This document shows positions 58,541 through 64,000 of a stretch of 64,000 nt of DNA, piece after piece; within the stretch, counting starts at the first letter, position 1, and every line of letters starts with the position of its first letter. This DNA comes from an uncultured Pseudomonadota bacterium (GTDB taxonomy: Bacteria; Pseudomonadota; Alphaproteobacteria; Rs-D84): the NCBI GenBank assembly GCA_902781465.1, contig CACZJK010000003.1, positions 12,054 to 76,053 on the forward strand, read 5' to 3'. Under the pieces are notes generated by a model. The model saw only the letters and a program-made list of their open reading frames with translations. It was not told the DNA's origin and ran no database searches. The position numbers and the translations under genes are program-made.

Positions 58541-59278
58541 TTATTTTAACACATATTTTTCTGTTTCTTTTTTTATGGCTTTATCACGCAGTTTTTTGAT
58601 ATAACCTTTGTGTTTTACCTGCCAGATAGCCATATAAGTCGGTGTCATTATTTGTTCACAATTATTTGCTAATGAATATTTCTTAGACGCTTGTATATTA
58701 CTGTATAATTGTTTTATTTCATTTAATTTAAAACCGTTCTTTTTAACGATATTGTAATCATGAATAATTTTTTTATAAATAATTGTCGCCTGGTGTTCCA
58801 GTTTTTTCAATTCGTCTTTTGACAGGGCGATAGGTTTTAAAACCCACTCTTTGTTCAATAAAGAATATATAGGGCCACGTCTGTATCGTCCATTATATTC
58901 TGGTGTTTTTTCGTTTTGAAAATTCAAATCAATTTTATGACCATAGATTTTACAAACATGTACCATTGCCCAATCGTAAAAGTAAAGTTTTAATTGCTTT
59001 TCGATATCAAGATTTGGAAACTGTTGTTTTGCATAATCAATATCTAAAACAATACATATATCCATATCTGATTTTCTATCATGAAAAAGTTGTGTTGTTG
59101 AACCAAAAACAAAAATATCTTTGATATCACAATTGCGTATTGGCATATCGTATTCATTTCGAACATAATCTATATAAGCCCAAGCAATAGACAACAGCAT
59201 ATCAGAAACCTTGGGATTCATTTGTTCGTTTTTATCCCATATTTTTCCGTCAAGATTTTTATGCAGTTTTATTTTCAT
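58541..59278 (-). CDS. Nucleotidyltransferase-fold (Pol-beta superfamily) protein
   Basis: 245 aa. FVFGSTTQLFHDRKSDMDICIV (G-S-x10-D-x-D) and a later KIDLNF acidic residue, then a helical C-terminal half. The start abuts the upstream stop (0-nt gap). Confidence 0.7.
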   Translation of the reverse strand: MKIKLHKNLDGKIWDKNEQMNPKVSDMLLSIAWAYIDYVRNEYDMPIRNCDIKDIFVFGSTTQLFHDRKSDMDICIVLDIDYAKQQFPNLDIEKQLKLYFYDWAMVHVCKIYGHKIDLNFQNEKTPEYNGRYRRGPIYSLLNKEWVLKPIALSKDELKKLEHQATIIYKKIIHDYNIVKKNGFKLNEIKQLYSNIQASKKYSLANNCEQIMTPTYMAIWQVKHKGYIKKLRDKAIKKETEKYVLK

Positions 59279-60052
59279 TTATTTATTCGTTTTTTTCAGT
59301 ATATAACACATTATTCTGTATCGCAAAGGTATAAATTGCAATGGTATTGTTTTGCAGAATTTTATAAAAGATTTTTTATCATCGGTCTGTATTGAATTCT
59401 TTATAATTTGTGGGGTTATGTTCTGAAAATATTTTTTCCAAAATATATCTGATAATTTAGTGCGGTTATTATTATAATTATCGATTATATCATCAACAGA
59501 AACATTATGTATCGTTTGTTTAATAATATATGTTCTATTGGTAAAAGTTAAATCTTTTGCATTTGATAAAATGTTAACCAAGAAAGTATGTTCATTATTT
59601 GTTGATGTTTTAATAATATTTTTTTTGAAACAAAATTCGGACAAATTATTAAATACGTATTCCATCAAAGAATCTTTGTTGAATACATACTTGAAATGGC
59701 ATTTTTTGTCAGATGACTCTGGCACTGTATCAGATATAACACCAGAATTAAATTTTATAATATCTGCATTTGTAAATTCAATCATATGTAAAATATTATC
59801 AATCGCATCGGCAATCAGTATATCATTTGAATCAACCAATAAAATATATTCGCCATGTGCAGATTGTATTGCGGTCCCCAGGTCATTAAAAATGAAAAAT
59901 CTGTTATCATTGATTATATATTGTTCGATATTTTTGACGGTATTATTAACAACAAAACATTCCCAAGAATTATTGTTTTGCTGTAACAAAGAAGCAACAG
60001 CGGATATATCGTAATTAGATTTAATGATAATGCTTATTTTTCTTTCGTTCAT
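59279..60052 (-). CDS. Divergent glycosyltransferase family 2-like protein
   Basis: 257 aa. ISIIIKSNYD...ECFVVNN...GEYILLVDSNDIL follows the GT2 N-terminal pattern, with a degenerate DxD (DSND). Confidence 0.55.
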   Translation of the reverse strand: MNERKISIIIKSNYDISAVASLLQQNNNSWECFVVNNTVKNIEQYIINDNRFFIFNDLGTAIQSAHGEYILLVDSNDILIADAIDNILHMIEFTNADIIKFNSGVISDTVPESSDKKCHFKYVFNKDSLMEYVFNNLSEFCFKKNIIKTSTNNEHTFLVNILSNAKDLTFTNRTYIIKQTIHNVSVDDIIDNYNNNRTKLSDIFWKKYFQNITPQIIKNSIQTDDKKSFIKFCKTIPLQFIPLRYRIMCYILKKTNK

Positions 60053-60055
60053 AAT

Positions 60056-60850
60056 TTACTTGTTATAATAAAGATAAGAACCCTTTACATTTGTAGAATA
60101 ATAACAGAGCATACCTTCGTTTGTGTTTGATGAACTTTCTGTTCTGTCGTCAACATAAACATAGGTTCCGCTATCATCATTGAATTCCTGCATATAACAA
60201 TCTGCAATAGTATGAACGTTCCACGAATCCCATAATATTTTACCGCTGTCATAAGAATCTTTTTGAACAGTAGATTCTGCAACCATTGCATTATTAGGAC
60301 ATGTATTACATACTATATCTGCAACGTCACCATTTGAATTTGTGCAAAAATTAGATAATATTTGATTTCTGTATTTTACATATTCGTTTGCAGATACATG
60401 TGTTGCAGAATATGAAGTGGAACTGCCAGAGCCAACTTTTTTTGTGTATTCTATATTTCCTTTGCCACTAAAAAATTTGCGTAAATTATCCATATGAATT
60501 GAATCAGAAGAGGATTCTTTATACGAATAAAAATCAGGTGTTGTCACAGATTTTCCGTCTGTTGTTTTTTTATCAAGTCCCCTTAACCAATTTGTGCCCA
60601 GTGGCGCACTGGAACCACATTTTGCCAAATATTCGCCAGAACGACAAAGACGGATAGTAGCGGTTTGAGGACGGGCATCATCAGAAGACCGGAAAAATTC
60701 AGATGTCAATTTTGGATCGTCGGCTATATATTTTACAGGCGTTGTTGTGTTTTCAGAATCTTCTGCAATTGCATATTCAGGCCCCATGTGACATAAAAAA
60801 ACCATAGTCACACTGAAAATTTTCCATAAAAAATTCCCGAATTTTTCCAT
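60056..60850 (-). CDS. Secreted Cys-rich protein of unknown function
   Basis: The ATG at 60850 (RBS AAGGAAT) gives signal peptide MEKFGNFLWKIFSVTMVFLCHMGPEYAIA. The track start at 60898 would overlap the predicted promoter. About ten Cys in the predicted mature protein, including CNTCPNN. Confidence 0.65.
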   Translation of the reverse strand: MEKFGNFLWKIFSVTMVFLCHMGPEYAIAEDSENTTTPVKYIADDPKLTSEFFRSSDDARPQTATIRLCRSGEYLAKCGSSAPLGTNWLRGLDKKTTDGKSVTTPDFYSYKESSSDSIHMDNLRKFFSGKGNIEYTKKVGSGSSTSYSATHVSANEYVKYRNQILSNFCTNSNGDVADIVCNTCPNNAMVAESTVQKDSYDSGKILWDSWNVHTIADCYMQEFNDDSGTYVYVDDRTESSSNTNEGMLCYYSTNVKGSYLYYNK

Positions 60851-60869
60851 ATTCCTTGCCTTGTAAAAT

Positions 60870-60898
60870 ATTCTATATACTTTGCCATTTTTTCGCAA
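60870..60898 (-). promoter_or_regulatory. Sigma70-like promoter (TTGCGA-N17-TAGAAT)
   Basis: -35 at 60893-60898 and -10 at 60870-60875 (minus strand). Upstream of the three-gene operon. Confidence 0.4.
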
Positions 60899-60916
60899 GG
60901 GAAAAATAAAAAGTGC

Positions 60917-60946
60917 TTGCTTTTGTTTTTGTGTTTTTTTTATAAT
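60917..60946 (+). promoter_or_regulatory. Sigma70-like promoter (TTGCTT-N18-TATAAT)
   Basis: -35 at 60917-60922 and -10 at 60941-60946. Upstream of the CPHC thioredoxin-fold gene. Confidence 0.4.
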
Positions 60947-60975
60947 CTTCTTACTAAGGCAAAAGGAGAAATATC

Positions 60976-61536
60976 ATGAAATTATCAAAATTATTGTTCG
61001 CGGTTTTGGGGTGTTTTGGTCTGTACAGTGCGAACGCCGCAGATATAACTATTTTTTATTCGCCAACATGTCCGCATTGTCATCATGCGCGTGATTTTAT
61101 CGAAAACACATTGATATATGAATATAACGATTTAAAGGTATTGACTGTAAATGTTATGGAAATGGATAATCGTCAGGCTTTTGTTGATGCGCTTTACAAA
61201 TGCGAATACAAAAGTGGTGGTGTTCCAGTATTGGTAATTGGTGAAAAATGTTTCCAGGGTTATTCTGATAAAATGCAATCTGATTTACGGGCTGCAGTCG
61301 AAGCAGATTTAAGCGCGGAACAGAAAAAATCTGCCGCCATGAACAAGGCAGAAATGGAAAAAGATAAAGAAGCCTTTGTAAAATCTCATTCAGAAAGACA
61401 AAATGCGGTATCTGAAAAAGATATCAAAAAAAAAATAACTGATAAATCTGGCAAAACATCAAATATTATTTTGTATGTTTTGCTGGGGCTGTTGTTTGGC
61501 GGATTGGGTGCAATTTTATTCAAAAAACAAAAATAG
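60976..61536 (+). CDS. Secreted thioredoxin/glutaredoxin-fold thiol:disulfide oxidoreductase with DsbA-type CPHC site and C-terminal TM anchor
   Basis: 186 aa. Signal peptide, ITIFYSPTCPHCHHAR, GGVPVLVIGEKCFQGY, Lys/Glu-rich linker, terminal TM ILYVLLGLLFGGLGAILF. Confidence 0.75.
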   Translation: MKLSKLLFAVLGCFGLYSANAADITIFYSPTCPHCHHARDFIENTLIYEYNDLKVLTVNVMEMDNRQAFVDALYKCEYKSGGVPVLVIGEKCFQGYSDKMQSDLRAAVEADLSAEQKKSAAMNKAEMEKDKEAFVKSHSERQNAVSEKDIKKKITDKSGKTSNIILYVLLGLLFGGLGAILFKKQK

Positions 61537-61545
61537 AGAAAACAG

Positions 61546-62247
61546 ATGTTTGATTTAACTTTTCTTGATTATATTTATGTTGTTATTATCTTAGCGTCCA
61601 CAGTATGGGCGACAATTCGTGGGGGCGTGTACGAAACAATCGCAACCTTGTCTTGGGTAGTGGCGGCTATATCAGCACGTTTTGCGTCTCCTTTCTTGGA
61701 TGGACTTTTGCAGAAATGGTTTAATTTGCCAGATTCGACAGTCGTCACTTTGGTTGCATCTTATTTCATAGTATTCTTTGTGATATTGGTAATTGTTGGA
61801 TTTATCAATGCAAAGATTCGCGAAAGAATCCAAGACAGTTTCCTGTCTGTGACTGACAGAACGTTGGGCGTTGTTTTTGGTATCGTCCGCAGTGTTGTTA
61901 TAATGGGATTCGTATATTGGGGAATGTTGTGGTATTATTCAGATATGCCACGTGGGTTGCCGCATTGGATATTGGATGCGCGCACACGTCCTGTTATGCA
62001 ATTGACAGCGGTTAAAATGGACGATTGGTTCTTTTTTGGAAACAGTAAATTATTAAAACAAGATTTAGAAAAAGACAGAAATCAACATGCGAATTTAATA
62101 AACCCTGTGGTTGAAAAAAAGAAAACAGAATCGGTCACAGAAGATACACAAAAAGAAACTGGTTATAAATCTTCGGAAAGGGCGGCATTGGAAAATCAAT
62201 TGTTGCAAATAGAATCTGTGGCAAACGCAATACAAGAAAGCAAATAA
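61546..62247 (+). CDS. cvpA: CvpA-family membrane protein
   Basis: 233 aa. LDYIYVVIILASTVWATIRGGVYETI... is typical of the CvpA N-terminus and 4-TM layout. Confidence 0.8.
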   Translation: MFDLTFLDYIYVVIILASTVWATIRGGVYETIATLSWVVAAISARFASPFLDGLLQKWFNLPDSTVVTLVASYFIVFFVILVIVGFINAKIRERIQDSFLSVTDRTLGVVFGIVRSVVIMGFVYWGMLWYYSDMPRGLPHWILDARTRPVMQLTAVKMDDWFFFGNSKLLKQDLEKDRNQHANLINPVVEKKKTESVTEDTQKETGYKSSERAALENQLLQIESVANAIQESK

Positions 62248-62258
62248 AATCAGAATAG

Positions 62259-62290
62259 AGTCCTGTTGAAAAACAGGGCTTTCTTTTTTT
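62259..62290 (+). terminator. Rho-independent terminator after cvpA
   Basis: AGTCCTGTT-gaaa-AACAGGGCT followed by TTCTTTTTTT. Confidence 0.8.
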
Positions 62291-62301
62291 ATAATTTTTG
62301 T

Positions 62302-62676
62302 ATGCGAAAATTCAAAATATTCACAACCTTTTTTGTTTTGTATGAATTTGTGATGATAACGATATTACAAATTCACAGTTTTTGTATTGGTGTATTTAAC
62401 CAGAATTTTTGTGAAACAAATTATAAATATTTTCTGTTTTGTGTGATGATACCGATATTGATTGGATTTATATATTGGTGGATACCAAAAACAAAAATTG
62501 CGCAACAGCAAGACAAAACTTTCAAAGAAATTTTATTGGATACAATTCCAAAACAATATTTACAGCGCTTTATTATTGCGATGATAATAGTAATGGTTCG
62601 TAAATTTATAATGTCTTACCCGCGTGCAAAAGAATTTTTTGATAATATTAATGATATTTTGAAGAAACAAAAATAA
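62302..62676 (+). CDS. Hypothetical membrane protein (124 aa)
   Basis: ATG at 62302; the track TTG at 62266 lies inside the terminator hairpin. Three or four hydrophobic segments. Confidence 0.5.
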   Translation: MRKFKIFTTFFVLYEFVMITILQIHSFCIGVFNQNFCETNYKYFLFCVMIPILIGFIYWWIPKTKIAQQQDKTFKEILLDTIPKQYLQRFIIAMIIVMVRKFIMSYPRAKEFFDNINDILKKQK

Positions 62677-62679
62677 TAT

Positions 62680-62708
62680 TTGCACAGATGATAATTTGTC
62701 TATATAAT
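62680..62708 (+). promoter_or_regulatory. Sigma70-like promoter (TTGCAC-N17-TATAAT) for the A2/B2 leader
   Basis: -35 at 62680-62685 and -10 at 62703-62708. Same architecture as the A1 promoter. Confidence 0.5.
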
Positions 62709-62714
62709 TTACTA

Positions 62715-62919
62715 TGAATCATAAAAACAATGGTTCTGGGCTTAGAAATCCCATACAAAACCGTCTGCGCAGACGTTAAATGCTCCAACCCTCCATGGTT
62801 GGATGGTGGTGAATATATTGAATAATCCACGCAATTCGTTTTGTATTGTTTCTAACATCCAACCGCCTGTTTCTATGATTTGGCGGTATTTTTGTTGCCA
62901 AAAAAGGAAGGGAAACAAC
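62715..62919 (+). promoter_or_regulatory. Long structured 5' leader (candidate attenuator/riboswitch), copy 2
   Basis: Hairpin cgtctgcgcagacg (62762-62775). Segment 1 tccaacc (62784-62790). Segment 2 ggttggatg (62797-62805). Segment 3 catccaacc (62856-62864), overlapping the terminator arm. Confidence 0.5.
62862..62896 (+). terminator. Leader terminator hairpin plus T-run (copy 2)
   Basis: ACCGCC (62862-62867) pairs with GGCGGT (62882-62887), followed by ATTTTTGTT. Lies 24 nt upstream of the A2 ATG. Confidence 0.45.
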
Positions 62920-63642
62920 ATGAAACGAATAATATTGATATTGGTTGCGTTTACAACAATAAATGCACATTCACAAACAGAAACATTAAATTGGTATATT
63001 GACGGACAAACCTATGCAACAACAACCTGTGAAAGCGGTGGCGATGTCCTTTTGCCAACCAGCCCAACCAAACGCGGTTATACATTTATGGGGTGGAGTC
63101 TTTACACTCCGATAGAGTATTTGGAGAGTACCGGGACACAGTGGATTGATACGGGATATATTCCAAATTTAAATACAAAAATAAAATTATCCGTAGTTTC
63201 CAATAATATATCAAGCAATGCAATTTCCGGAGAAGCTTGGAATTATAGAACAACTTTATTAATGTTTGAAAATGCCACTGTTAAATGGCATTTATGTAGC
63301 AACGGCTCAGTAACAAGTTCACTTATAAGTTCAAATACTGTTTGTAATATAGAAGCGGAAAATGGGGTACTGATATTAAATAACCAGATATATTCTTGTT
63401 ATAAATTAACATCCTTTTCTGCTTATACAAATATGCGCATATTTTTTAACGGAAATAGCTCTAGTAAAATCAAATTATATTATTTTAAAATCTACGATAA
63501 CAACACTCTCGTTCGTGATTTTATTCCTGTTCTTGACAAAGATGGTGCCCCATGTATGTATGACAAAGTGGAAAATAAATTTTATTACAACGCCGGCACC
63601 GGTCAATTTATCGCCGGGCCAATCATAGGGGCAGAACAATGA
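62920..63642 (+). CDS. Secreted protein A2: List-Bact-repeat-like N-domain plus variable-core domain
   Basis: The ATG at 62920 (RBS AAGGAAGGG) gives signal peptide MKRIILILVAFTTINAHS. GYTFMGW motif, YTPIEYLESTGTQWIDTGYIP, and C-terminal LVRDFIPVLDKDGAPCMYDKVENKFYYNAGTGQFIAGP shared with A1. The track ORF 62803 extends into the leader. Confidence 0.75.
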   Translation: MKRIILILVAFTTINAHSQTETLNWYIDGQTYATTTCESGGDVLLPTSPTKRGYTFMGWSLYTPIEYLESTGTQWIDTGYIPNLNTKIKLSVVSNNISSNAISGEAWNYRTTLLMFENATVKWHLCSNGSVTSSLISSNTVCNIEAENGVLILNNQIYSCYKLTSFSAYTNMRIFFNGNSSSKIKLYYFKIYDNNTLVRDFIPVLDKDGAPCMYDKVENKFYYNAGTGQFIAGPIIGAEQ

Positions 63643-64000
63643 AACGTATATCTTTATTATTTGCCTTTATCACACAACCAGTATTCGCATATTATACCGA
63701 AACCATACCCAACCAATGTGGGGTTATTGGTAATAATTTATTTGCGGTGTTTGAAATAAATACTTATACATGCGAAAGTGGTTATTTTTTACCTGCGGAT
63801 ACATTGGGATGTGTACAATGCCCAAAAGGATATACATGTAATGGTGGAACATACAGTTATAACCCAACAATATCACAGGGAATAACATACAAAACACAAT
63901 TTAATGAAAGTATATCAAACGCGTGTTCGTCTAATTTTGGACATGAATTGATTGCGATATTCGAACCAAATACGATAACAATAAACTGGGACGACGGAAC
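63639..64000 (+). CDS. Secreted Cys-rich repeat protein B2 (5' partial; runs off the window)
   Basis: Not in the ORF track. The ATG at 63639 overlaps the A2 stop (ATGA). MKRISLLFAFITQPVFA signal peptide, then TYTCESGYFLPADTLGCVQCPKGYTCNGGTYSYNPTISQG, the same repeat unit as B1. Confidence 0.7.
   Translation, partial: MKRISLLFAFITQPVFAYYTETIPNQCGVIGNNLFAVFEINTYTCESGYFLPADTLGCVQCPKGYTCNGGTYSYNPTISQGITYKTQFNESISNACSSNFGHELIAIFEPNTITINWDDG

Noticed and set aside
62795-62812. Possible leader peptide MVGWW-stop (two Trp codons) inside the A2 leader, reminiscent of trp attenuation.
   Set aside because: There is no Shine-Dalgarno sequence. The equivalent position in the copy-1 leader has no ATG or comparable mini-ORF. 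The sequence is better explained as the segment 2 RNA helix arm.
62882-62894. GGCGGTAtttttG resembles the RfaH ops element GGCGGTAGnnTG.
   Set aside because: It mismatches at the conserved 8th base and the TG is out of register. Copy 1 has GCGGTTTTT instead. The sequence is simply the 3' arm of the leader terminator.
62803-62919. N-terminal extension of A2 suggested by the ORF track (start at 62803).
   Set aside because: The extension runs through the terminator hairpin and has no signal peptide. The ATG at 62920 has a strong RBS and gives a canonical signal peptide matching A1.
58176-64000. Genomic island integrated at tRNA-Arg with att repeats and an integrase.
   Set aside because: I found no integrase, transposase or obvious direct repeat of the tRNA 3' end by eye. 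The accessory nature is kept as a hypothesis in the findings, but a mobile-element call is unsupported.

Overview
Visibly AT-rich bacterial chromosome segment with dense coding and no rRNA genes, CRISPR arrays, transposases or integrases. Most of it is housekeeping backbone. It includes def-fmt-truA, pyrG, pyk, recR-rsmA, lspA-yidC, the classic tRNA-Trp-secE-nusG-rplKAJL-rpoBC block, rpmF-plsX, ldh, hemW and ihfA. UPF0335/DUF2312, olsB-olsA, a PBP5-SPOR carboxypeptidase and the gene order suggest a reduced alphaproteobacterium; this is inference only. Several accessory insertions interrupt the backbone, and almost all encode signal-peptide-bearing, often cysteine-rich proteins of unknown function. 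(1) 3.1-8.2 kb is a four-gene secreted-protein cluster. (2) 24.1-31.4 kb is an orphan virB8-virB9-virB10 module. Its VirB9 carries a C-terminal SPOR-like domain and its VirB10 a long Cys-rich C-terminal extension. An 'A/B' secreted gene pair lies upstream and two small genes plus a repeat-rich regulatory spacer lie downstream. (3) 45.3-47.7 kb is a 797-aa Ser/Arg-repeat plus Cys-rich protein. (4) 58.1-64.0 kb is a tRNA-Arg-adjacent accessory stretch. It holds a Cys-rich secreted protein, a GT2-like protein and an NTase in one operon, a secreted CPHC thioredoxin-fold protein, and a second A/B pair. The most interesting signals are three. First, a conserved ~200-270 nt structured 5' leader with terminator/antiterminator topology and compensatory base changes precedes both A/B operons; one copy would gate the virB8-10 genes. 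Second, a GC-rich ~115-bp imperfect palindromic element fuses A1 and B1 in frame. Third, the T4SS core proteins have unusual domain additions. All functional calls rest on motif and architecture recognition by eye; no database search was possible.
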